A stretch of DNA of 64,000 bases from assembly GCA_965205865.1 (NCBI GenBank), contig CBDBHR010000028.1, positions 1 to 64,000 of the forward strand. Direction: 5' to 3'. Under the pieces are notes generated by a model, which searched no databases, was not told where the DNA came from, and saw only the letters and a list, made by a program, of their open reading frames with translations. The stretch is from a bacterium. GTDB taxonomy: Bacteria > SAR324 > NAC60-12. Made by a program: the position numbers and the translations under genes. Below are positions 53,231 to 61,910 of the stretch, one piece after another; the stretch's first letter is position 1; every line of letters begins with the position of its first letter.

Positions 53231-54244
53231 TCAAATCAGGGGCAGCCGGTCCGTTGGATTTTTTTGCAGAATTTCCTGATCATGGAAATAACGGATGGTG
53301 GTGTTGGCCGAGGAATGCCGGGCATAGGCCTGTACTTTCTGCAGGGGCTCCCCCAATTCCAGAGCCAGGGTGATGGCGGTGTGGCGCATGGTATGGGCCG
53401 AGATATCCAGTCCCACCGCTTTTCCGAGGCGGAAGACGACGTCATTGACCCCTTTACCGGTCATTTTTTGTCCGAAGGTACGAAAGCCCAGAGAAATGAA
53501 GACCCATGCGCCCTCCAGGTTTTTTTCGCGCAAGGTATCCCGCCACTCCTGCAATTCGGCAAACAGTTCATTACGGATTTTCAAACGCTGGGGAACCCCG
53601 CTTTTGGTGTTGTGGAGTAACGCCACATGAAATTTCCCATCCTGGCGGAGGTCTTCCCAACGCAATTCCGCCACCTCTCCTCGCCGCGCTGCCGTGAGAT
53701 AAAGAAATCGCAAGAGCAAGGCATTGCGCTGACGCATCAACTCTGCCACTCGGGGATCATACGTCTCATTGGCATTGGCTGTCATCATGGCATTCAATTG
53801 AGTAATCAGTAACGCCCCCTTCGTGCTGACGTCCGAGACCTTTTCATTACGAATGATGGTGGATTTGAATGGATTGGCAGGAAGGTAGCCAAATTCCGTG
53901 AGCACCTTGAAAACCTTGCGTAACGCGCTCATAGACTGGTTGATGCTTGCCGGTTTTTTCCCCTGAGCCTTGAGAAAGGATTTGTACTCGAGGATAGTGA
54001 GACTGGTCAGTGTTTGCAGTTTCCCGCCACGGTATCGTTTGGACGATCGAGTGGGAACTCTCACCCCCTGAAGGGAAGCCCATTTTTGAAAATCGGCAAA
54101 AATCCGCGTGTATGCCCGCCGGGTATTGGGTTTGTAATCCTCGAACAGCAGCATCAATGCCTGGGAAGGAGTGAACTCTCCTCGCTTTTCCCATGAAACC
54201 GGTACATCCTCGATGGTGTTGCTGATTTTTTCCACAATCTTCAT
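53231..54244 (-). CDS. tyrosine recombinase/integrase
   Basis: TAARRGE (R), TKSG (K), HTMRH, ARH..TTIRY; N-terminal NTRRAY SAM-like domain; start at 54244 inferred. Confidence 0.92.
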   Translation of the reverse strand: MKIVEKISNTIEDVPVSWEKRGEFTPSQALMLLFEDYKPNTRRAYTRIFADFQKWASLQGVRVPTRSSKRYRGGKLQTLTSLTILEYKSFLKAQGKKPASINQSMSALRKVFKVLTEFGYLPANPFKSTIIRNEKVSDVSTKGALLITQLNAMMTANANETYDPRVAELMRQRNALLLRFLYLTAARRGEVAELRWEDLRQDGKFHVALLHNTKSGVPQRLKIRNELFAELQEWRDTLREKNLEGAWVFISLGFRTFGQKMTGKGVNDVVFRLGKAVGLDISAHTMRHTAITLALELGEPLQKVQAYARHSSANTTIRYFHDQEILQKNPTDRLPLI

Positions 54245-54314
54245 AATTACGGAGCTGTCTGTTTCGTCAACCCATTGAATCGGGGGATATCCACTGTGAC
54301 CACCGGCAGCGCTT

Positions 54315-54914
54315 CTAGAATACTTCCATTGCGCTGAAGTAGCCTTCGATACGAGATCCGGATTTACCACTTCGCCAGTTGCCTGCGAAACCATTGGTGC
54401 TGATCTCACCTACTTCCAGCACGGCGTAGGCGCCGTCGTAACGCCGGAGGTCACGCTGGTTTGCGATCGAGCCGAGTCTCAAAAGAATGCTTCGTTCACC
54501 GGCGTAGTTTCCCTCGAGCACGAGCGCGCCGGGAGCCTGCGGGTCTTGACTGGCGAGACTGCCGACGCGGTATGCGCCAACCGCTTTGATATCGACGTCC
54601 GTGAATCCATACAAAGGCGTTGACGCGCTGCCCGGCGATTCGAGTCCTTGCGGCTGCTTCCGCAGCGTGAGCTTACCCCGCACGGAGCGACTATCATTGC
54701 CATTTACGACCTCCACGAGCGTCAACTGGTAATTACCACTTCTACCCACCAGGGTCTCATCCGCACTAAGGCGCCCGGAAGTAGCCATGCAAGAATCCTT
54801 CCCTATCCGCGCCATCTCGGGACCATCTTGCGCAGTGGGTTTACCGGAGGTCCAGCATCCTACCAGCATAGTGAGGGCCATCGTCGTCAGGAATGCGTTC
54901 TTATACAAAACCAT
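54315..54914 (-). CDS. hypothetical lipoprotein
   Basis: Signal peptide with lipobox LVGC. Confidence 0.65.
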   Translation of the reverse strand: MVLYKNAFLTTMALTMLVGCWTSGKPTAQDGPEMARIGKDSCMATSGRLSADETLVGRSGNYQLTLVEVVNGNDSRSVRGKLTLRKQPQGLESPGSASTPLYGFTDVDIKAVGAYRVGSLASQDPQAPGALVLEGNYAGERSILLRLGSIANQRDLRRYDGAYAVLEVGEISTNGFAGNWRSGKSGSRIEGYFSAMEVF

Positions 54915-55266
54915 ACTCTTCTGAATCTGAATCCCGGACTATTTTCTGATCTGGAATATCGCTTGTAATGATTGACTCCCATCTCCGAGCCGCCTGCCGG
55001 AACAACTCTTTTTGGTCTTCCGTGACGTCGCCGACAAAAATGAGATCGATATCGAAGGTAAGGTTATCCGGGCCGTTCTCACTGTTATCCGGGTTGTTCC
55101 CACCGTTATCCGGGTCGTTCCCATCGTCTCCACCGCCTCCACCACACCCGGCAAGAGTAATCAGGCAGATAAGGAACGCGAATACCTGCAACCGGAGCAG
55201 GCAAAATGCGTCCGTGAAATTTACCAGGATTTTCTGCGATATGACGATTTTGAGCGGACTTTTCAT
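54901..55266 (-). pseudogene. truncated lipoprotein, possibly the N-terminus of a leishmanolysin-like metallopeptidase
   Basis: LAGC-GGGGG, three PDN repeats, FDIDLIF..FRQAARRWESIITSDIPD, then ends without HExxH. Confidence 0.5.
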
Positions 55267-55278
55267 ATTTCAGAGCCG

Positions 55279-56478
55279 TTATTGGTGTTTTCTGCGTTGG
55301 GGGTCATTGAATTGATGATGAACTTCGCTGAGGAACTGGGGGATGGGAAGTTCCTCCGGACAACGGGGCAGGCAGTCGCCACATTCCGTGCAGGCATCGG
55401 CAAAACGGCCGGAAAACCAAGGTCCGACCGGATTCAACATATTGTAGCGATAGCGGACGAATTGCCGCATGTCATAAGCTTTCCACATGTTACGAAAGCG
55501 CAGCACCTCCGGGATGTCGATCGATTCGGGACAAGGCAGGCATTTCTGGCAGAGAGTGCAGTACTCGCGACCCTGCTGTCGGAAGGCTTCAGCTGCCTGG
55601 TCCACGCGGGATTTGATGCGGGCAAACCAGGATTCCGGCGCGGCATCATCCTTGATTTCCGCAGCAATGGAGGCAAGATGAACGTCGACGTGTTCCTGCT
55701 TTTCGGCCCCCAAACTGAGGGTATGGATTTGCGGGTGAGAAAGGCAGAAGCGGTCGTTGAAATTCATGGCTGAGAGGGGATGAGTCAACTTCAACAATTT
55801 TTGAGGAGGTTGAAACAATTGTCCTCCTTTGTCGTTGGGAGAAATGATGAACACTCCCATGTCTCGGGCAGCCGCTTCCTCGATGGCGGGTAAGTTGTGC
55901 TGGAAAAAATAGTAATAGTGAAGATTGATGGACTCGAAAACACCGCTGCGGATTGTTTTCAAGATGATGGGTAACTTGCCATGCGTGCTGAAACCCAAGT
56001 GCCGGATTAGTCCTTCCTCGATGGCATCCTGCACTGCCTGCAGACATCCCCCCTTTCGAAAAATGCACTCTAAATCTTCCTCCTGGTTGACCCCGTGAAA
56101 ATCAAAATTGTCGATCACCTCCAACTGCAGTCGCTCCAGGGAATCCTCGATGCATTCACGCATTTTTTTATAGCTGGGCATAGGCCTGATTTTCGTAGTG
56201 AAGAGGAGACGGCGGCGCAACTGCATTTTGGTTTCAGCAGGTTTGCCGAGTCGAGGCCAGATTTTGCCATAGATTCGTTCGCTGCGCCCATAATCCCGGG
56301 CTGTCTCAAAATGATGAATCCCCCTTTCCAGGGCATACCGGCTCACTTCCAAAGCATGCTGCAGCGTGTCGTCAGGGAGCAGGTCATGGGGACCTTCCCA
56401 TCCATGGATATAACGCATGCCTCCCAACGTGAAGACCGGAAGTCGTAATTCAGTTTTTCCAAAACGCCGGTAGAGCAT
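55279..56478 (-). CDS. aldo/keto reductase with a C-terminal 4Fe-4S dicluster
   Basis: YRRFGKT, HFETARDYG, LGFSTHG, CTLCQKCLPCP and CTECGDCLPRCP. Confidence 0.92.
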   Translation of the reverse strand: MLYRRFGKTELRLPVFTLGGMRYIHGWEGPHDLLPDDTLQHALEVSRYALERGIHHFETARDYGRSERIYGKIWPRLGKPAETKMQLRRRLLFTTKIRPMPSYKKMRECIEDSLERLQLEVIDNFDFHGVNQEEDLECIFRKGGCLQAVQDAIEEGLIRHLGFSTHGKLPIILKTIRSGVFESINLHYYYFFQHNLPAIEEAAARDMGVFIISPNDKGGQLFQPPQKLLKLTHPLSAMNFNDRFCLSHPQIHTLSLGAEKQEHVDVHLASIAAEIKDDAAPESWFARIKSRVDQAAEAFRQQGREYCTLCQKCLPCPESIDIPEVLRFRNMWKAYDMRQFVRYRYNMLNPVGPWFSGRFADACTECGDCLPRCPEELPIPQFLSEVHHQFNDPQRRKHQ

Positions 56479-56627
56479 CTGTTTTCTCCTTCTTTGGCAA
56501 TTGAGTTTTCTCAAAAAAAGGGTATACTCGGGATTTACATTCGATTTGTTCTCCCTGCCACCATTATTTTTCCTGATGGATAGAAAGAATTCGATTCCTT
56601 GTCAATCTCTTTTTAACAAACCGATCC

Positions 56628-57599
56628 ATGTTTGAGCCACTCGAGTTAATGAATTTACGTTTTAAAAATAGTATTCTTTTCCCACCTGCTTCAGAAAATC
56701 AAGCCAATGTCAACGGTAAAGTCAATATGTCGATGATCCGGCATTATCGTGAGCAAGCCTTCCATGGAATGGGAACCATCATTCTGGAGTCCGCCTACGT
56801 GAACAAGCAGGGACGTAGTCATGTCTCTCAGTTGGGGATTTCAGAAGAAGAGCATATCCAAGGTCTGGCAAAATTGATCCGGGTCCTCAAGCAGCAAGGG
56901 GTCGTCGTCGGAATCAGACTGGCTCATGCGGGGGCCAAAACCTCCGATGAAATCTGTGGAGAGCAACCGATTGCTCCCTCGGTGATCAACATGGGAAAGG
57001 ATTTCAGTTCGAGCCGGGAATTCGACCGTGCGGATTGTGAGGAACTCAACATGTTTTTCACCCACGCCGCAGAACGGGCTGAAGAAGCAGGGGCGGATTT
57101 TGTCGAAATCAACAGCGCTCAGCAATTTCTCCTGGATCAATGCCTGTCTTTGCGTTTCAATGGACGTGATGACGAATTTGGTCACGAAACGATCGCCTCC
57201 CGTTTGAAATTGAGTTTGGACGTGGTCCGCTCCGTGCGCAGGCGCATTTCCAGGTACATTCCCATCAGCTTCTACTTTTCCATTCATGACAAGCTGGAAG
57301 ATGGCTTGTCCGTCAGGGAACTCAGAACCATGATCAAACTGCTGGAAGAAAGTGGAACCGAAATTTTTCACCCCACTACCCTCCATGCCACCAATAAAAT
57401 TTTTGGTAGCGAAGAAACTTTCATCGAATGGATGGCCAAATATACGAACAAAGCCATTGTTGCCGAGGGAAACATAAAATCTCCCCAAGTGCTCAAGGAA
57501 GTCTACAGTCTTGGCAAGGCCCATTTTTATGCTCTGGACCAGACTATCTTTTCCCGCCCTCAGTGGTATGAATTTCTTACTCGTAAACTGTTGGCTTAA
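56628..57599 (+). CDS. NADH:flavin oxidoreductase (old yellow enzyme)-like protein with a degenerate active site
   Basis: FEPL..FKN, LAHAG, AEEAGADFVEIN, NGRDDEFG..R. Confidence 0.8.
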   Translation: MFEPLELMNLRFKNSILFPPASENQANVNGKVNMSMIRHYREQAFHGMGTIILESAYVNKQGRSHVSQLGISEEEHIQGLAKLIRVLKQQGVVVGIRLAHAGAKTSDEICGEQPIAPSVINMGKDFSSSREFDRADCEELNMFFTHAAERAEEAGADFVEINSAQQFLLDQCLSLRFNGRDDEFGHETIASRLKLSLDVVRSVRRRISRYIPISFYFSIHDKLEDGLSVRELRTMIKLLEESGTEIFHPTTLHATNKIFGSEETFIEWMAKYTNKAIVAEGNIKSPQVLKEVYSLGKAHFYALDQTIFSRPQWYEFLTRKLLA

Positions 57600-57689
57600 T
57601 TGCGCGACGGACCCCATCTCAATGTCTCTAACCCGAGTGCGAGATAGCGCACTCGATGATTTGAAGCGGCGTTGTCTCTTTCATTCTAT

Positions 57690-57860
57690 TGAAGGTTGGT
57701 TTTTCCGGTTGCCAGTATAAGCAATTGAGCCTGCGAGTGAATCAGCCATAAAGTTTTTGACACTGCGATGTCCGGAATGCTCAATTCGTGATATATTTTT
57801 CAGTTGGTTGTTGATGGTTTCAATAATGAAGCGTTTTCTCAGAAGGTGTTTGGCAAATAA
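57690..57860 (-). pseudogene. IS982-family transposase C-terminal fragment
   Basis: Hand translation LRKRFIIETINNQLKNISRIEHSGHRSVKNF. Confidence 0.7.
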
Positions 57861-57889
57861 ATTGCATGTCTAGTTCCATTATTTAGGAG

Positions 57890-58020
57890 GAGATGGATGT
57901 ATCCATGCGATTCAAGCGATCAGGAATGGTCTGAGTGTGAAAACCCATACGCTTCCAAAGAGCGGGGCATTGATGGGGGGGAAAAAATCAAAGGGCGTAA
58001 ACGCCATTTCAGTGTCGGTA
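57890..58020 (+). pseudogene. IS5-family transposase fragment
   Basis: RGIDG/GKKIKGRKRH motif. Confidence 0.55.
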
Positions 58021-58420
58021 CTTTATTGATCGTATGGGAACCCTCACAACCACTGCTGAAAATATAATTCGTATTGCCATGATCAAAGTCACCTCAGCAA
58101 AGTGTCTTATTCAACCAAACGGGTTCTTGAGAAGGCTCCCTTCATCTATGAGGCGGCATCAGGTCATTGTTTTAAACTCCACCTCTGAGAGGTTTGCAGG
58201 CCAGCGGGCGGTGCCTTTATAACACCCGCAGTTTCATACATATTGACCTTTTGGATGGGGGACTGCACCAGCGGTCCTCCATCTACTTCCTTTCTGAATT
58301 TTCAAGATCATTGAATAATGCGCAATTTTTCTGTATAAGTCATGTTACGCGTATATTTTTTGCATTCAGCGGTTTCCATGAATACGCTTCCCCACAAGTG
58401 TGTCATTACTGTCCCCACAA

Positions 58421-58640
58421 GTGTGTCATTCCTGGCCAAGACCAGGAATCCAGGAGTCGCCATAGTGTGTCATTCCTGGCCAAGACCAGGAATCCAGGAG
58501 TCGCCATAGTGTGTCATTCCTGGCCAAGACCAGGAATCCAGGAGTCGCCATAGTGTGTCATTCCTGGCCAAGACCAGGAATCCAGGAGTCGCCATAGTGT
58601 GTCATTCCTGGCCAAGACCAGGAATCCAGGAGTCGCCATC
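58421..58640 (+). repeat. five tandem 44-bp palindromic units
   Basis: GTGTGTCATTCCTGGCCAAGACCAGGAATCCAGGAGTCGCCATA at 58421, 58465, 58509, 58553 and 58597. Confidence 0.95.
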
Positions 58641-58752
58641 ATGAAAACCTACAACGTTTATATCTTGGCAAGTAAAAGAAATGGCACTCTATATTTTGAG
58701 TGACAAATGATCTTCTTAAAAGAGTTTATGAACATAAAACAATCTCGTAGAG
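58641..58752 (+). pseudogene. GIY-YIG nuclease 5' fragment
   Basis: MKTYNVYILASKRNGTLY, then after a frameshift VTNDLLKRVYEHK. Confidence 0.8.
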
Positions 58753-58771
58753 CCAATATTGAGGTCAGGCT

Positions 58772-59354
58772 GTGCGCCAGGAAAGCTGGCAAGAAATAGA
58801 GAGTGAAAGTCTCTTACTCGGTAAGGCAGTAACGACCCGCCGAGTCCCCGAGTCATGAGTGGTTATTCGCAAGGATAGGCGCTAAGCGTTGACAGGGGAG
58901 AACATAGGCTCGGTATTGAGCTCCGAAATCATAGTTTCAGGCGCTGACCTTGTGGTCTGGTGGGGAAAGCAATATCAACCGAAGGCCTTAGCGTGAGTCT
59001 CGGCTGAGCCTGGCGGAGTCAAAGACCCGGTGCATGTGTGGAAGTTTCTTGATCGGAACCTGGGAGATCCTGAAGACGACTGTCAACATTCTATTGGTAG
59101 TCGGATCGGGAAAATTAATAAATAACCCCGATATCTACGTCTTCAGGAAGTCGGACAAGTTCGTAGTAGCGATGAAGCGGCGAACAATGAGATCATTTGC
59201 AGAGAGCGGTTTAAGCAGAGTGCGCCAAACGGCAACGTTTGAGCGTCTGACTCGAAGCAGGAGCCGGATGCGTTAGCAGCGCACGTCCGGATCTGTACTG
59301 GAGGAATGACGAAAGGTGGCTGGAAACCACTATAAGTCAGTTCTTTACGGTGAC
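58772..59354 (+). mobile_element. ORF-less group II intron, copy 2 (583 nt), lacking the DIII-like segment
   Basis: 5' GTGCG, DV GAGCCGGATGCGTTAGCAGCGCACGTCCGGATC, 3' GGTGAC; splits the left arm of a palindromic repeat (58761-58771 and 59355-59424). Confidence 0.88.
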
Positions 59355-59520
59355 TTTGATTAAATGAAAAGGGGGCAAAAAAACTGGACTCATTCCTAAT
59401 CAAATAATCAAAGGCCTGACCCCCTTTGAAGGATCATTTTTGAGGAAGCAAAAAACCGGTGGGACGGCAAACACACACGCCGTCCCATGGGGTTTAGGAG
59501 ATTCCTGGAGAAAGGCGAGA

Positions 59521-61302
59521 CTATTGCCCCATTTCTTTCTTCAGGTCCTGGTCAAACCAGAGGCGGGCGAAGATGCCAGTCCGGTCCATCCCGCCCAGTT
59601 CGACTTCTCCGTTATAGCCAACGACCCACGGCTGGGCCACATGAAACAGGGGAACCCTGGGCCCAAACACCCACCAGTTCTGCACGATGATGCGCCAATC
59701 GGCCTCACGAGCCCACTTCTGCTGCTCCTCTACGGTTTTGGCGGCTCTGGCTTTTTCAAGCAATTCGTCAAACTGGGCGTCGTTGACGTTGGGGGGGTTC
59801 CATCCCGCTTCCGAGTGCGCTTGTTCGATGGGTTGAAGGGCACCGGGATAGTCGGCGCCGACGACCTCGGTAAACAGACCGGTGTACTTATGTTCTCGGA
59901 CACTGGCGATGGTCGTCGTGCGGTCTCTGAGGTTGATCTCCGCATGAATGCCAATCTGCTTCAAGTAATCCATAGCGATCGTGAAATAGTTTAAATCGAA
60001 GAACTCGTAGTGATCATAGGTGGTCTTGATGCGAATGCCATCCGCGCCTTTCGGATAGCCGGCCTCATCCAGGAGTTTCCCGGCCCCTTCCGGGTCATAG
60101 CGATAGTATTGCTTGATCTCTTCGGGCCACTCCGCAAAGGGTTTGTGATACCCGATCACACTATAGCCGATATGCCCCACAGGGGTCGTATTAGCCCATC
60201 CTTTGTGATAGGATTGATTAATGGCTTCATAGTCGATGGCCATCTGGACAGCCCGGCGCACCCGGATGTCGTTCCAGGGTTCAATCTGGGTGTTAAACGC
60301 CATCCCTGTTTCCGCGCGATAGGCATAGGGGTAGAGCTTGAGTTCAGGGTTGGTTTTCTGCAGGCTCTCTACCTGATCCATACTGATCAGTTGCGTGTTG
60401 CCTGCCATGCCAATGTAATCCACCTTCCCTGTGCGCAATAAGGACAAATTGGTCGCGACTTCCTTCGAAACCTTGATATTGATCTCGTCAAAATAGGGCA
60501 ATTGGTTTTCCGGGTATTTTTCGTCGTGGCCCCAGTAATTCGGATTCTTGACATAGTGGTAAGAGGCGCCCTCCACATGGTCCGTCAGCTCAAAGGGACC
60601 GGTGCCAACCACATTCTTCCAATCCGAAACGTTGCCGTGTTCCTGGACCACCTCAGGGGCCACCATATATACGTGCTCTGAATTGAAGATGGCCTTAAAC
60701 GCACTGAGGCGGGGCTCCTTCAACTTGAAAACTACCGTAGAATCATCAGTGGCCGTGATCGATTCAAAAGGGAGCGAGAACAGGACGAGACCGGCTGTAT
60801 CCGCGCTCTTTTCGGTGAAACCGCTGCCTATTCCAAAGAGACGGTGATAGTTCCATTCGATATCCTTGGCCGTTAGGGGCCGACCATTCATTGGGGCCTT
60901 ATTATGCCAGTGAACGCCTTTGCGGATTTTGATCACAAAGGTTTGAGGATCCGGGGTCTCCCAGCTTTCCGCCAGTCTCCCTTTGATGACAAATTCAGGC
61001 ATGTAAATGGTTCGAAAGTCAAATTTGCTCCGGTCCAATGCCCAGTCCGCTATGCCAAGCTTCTCATTGACGGGCGAGATGACCGCTCCCGCAATGTACC
61101 GGTGAAACGGGTCGATATTGGCAGGAACGTTCGTGCGAATCGTTCTGAATGTCCCGCCATACTGTGGTGCAACCACCATCTCCCCGGTGGTGGGGTCTTT
61201 GAGCATCTTGGCTGCCCAGGCCGAACTGACTCCAAAGGCGGTCACCATCAGGATGAGGGCCAACAGAATCGATTGAATTTTACTTATTTTGCTTTTTTCC
61301 AT
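59521..61302 (-). CDS. family-5 (peptide/nickel) ABC substrate-binding protein
   Basis: Signal peptide ending SAWA, LAESWE, GTGPF, KNPNYW, DIRVRRAV, YDPE.A..LLDEAGY; start at 61302 inferred. Confidence 0.92.
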   Translation of the reverse strand: MEKSKISKIQSILLALILMVTAFGVSSAWAAKMLKDPTTGEMVVAPQYGGTFRTIRTNVPANIDPFHRYIAGAVISPVNEKLGIADWALDRSKFDFRTIYMPEFVIKGRLAESWETPDPQTFVIKIRKGVHWHNKAPMNGRPLTAKDIEWNYHRLFGIGSGFTEKSADTAGLVLFSLPFESITATDDSTVVFKLKEPRLSAFKAIFNSEHVYMVAPEVVQEHGNVSDWKNVVGTGPFELTDHVEGASYHYVKNPNYWGHDEKYPENQLPYFDEINIKVSKEVATNLSLLRTGKVDYIGMAGNTQLISMDQVESLQKTNPELKLYPYAYRAETGMAFNTQIEPWNDIRVRRAVQMAIDYEAINQSYHKGWANTTPVGHIGYSVIGYHKPFAEWPEEIKQYYRYDPEGAGKLLDEAGYPKGADGIRIKTTYDHYEFFDLNYFTIAMDYLKQIGIHAEINLRDRTTTIASVREHKYTGLFTEVVGADYPGALQPIEQAHSEAGWNPPNVNDAQFDELLEKARAAKTVEEQQKWAREADWRIIVQNWWVFGPRVPLFHVAQPWVVGYNGEVELGGMDRTGIFARLWFDQDLKKEMGQ

Positions 61303-61685
61303 AATTCCTCTTACAATTGAGGTGAAATTAAAAGATTCGCCATTCCATTGGACAAATCGGGAGAATTTCATTTTTCTTGATTTTCTTATTTCCATTGTGT
61401 CCTCTTACATTTGAGGTTCCAAAAAAAGATTTACCCGCTATGGGACGAATCGGATTTTCGCGGCAGACACGATGTCTGCCACAATCAGCCCCACGACGGG
61501 GGCGAAAAGTTGCTTCAAGTACATATGAACTCCTTTACAAGAGATTGAAAATAATTCACCCCACCATGGAGCGAATCGGGTTTTTGCGGCAGACGCAACG
61601 TCTGCCACGATCAGCCCCACCAAAAGGGTGAGGCATAACGAAAACAATTTTTTCGGTTGCATCATATGACTCCCTCATTACAGAT
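61300..61685 (-). repeat. four tandem degenerate RBS+ATG units; the two upstream units encode related signal-peptide-like segments
   Basis: TGTAAGAGGAATTATG, TGTAAGAGGACACAATG, TGTAAAGGAGTTCATATG and TGTAATGAGGGAGTCATATG; VGLIVAD(V/I)(A/V)SAAK(T/I)RF occurs twice. Confidence 0.65.
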
Positions 61686-61910
61686 TAATCATTCCCCACC
61701 TTCTTCACTCACTCGAGCGTGAAGCATTCTCGAATGACACGCTAGCACATTCGACTCACGAGTCATTAACAGGAATACAGTATGCATTATGAGGATGTCA
61801 ACCCCCTGATTTCACTTTTTTGCAAAAAGCGTTGGATTGCATTAAATGGCGTTTCGATTCTCTCTTGGTAACTATTCAGGTCTCTGAAAAACCCGTTTAG
61901 TTAAATATCA

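Noticed and set aside
53231-54409. Integron integrase with cassette array, and the 392-aa long start
   Set aside because: No IntI-specific insertion recognised and no complete attC sites nearby; the long start overlaps the upstream lipoprotein gene
58421-58640. CRISPR array
   Set aside because: The units are identical head-to-tail with no unique spacers, and no cas genes are present; it is a tandem palindrome array
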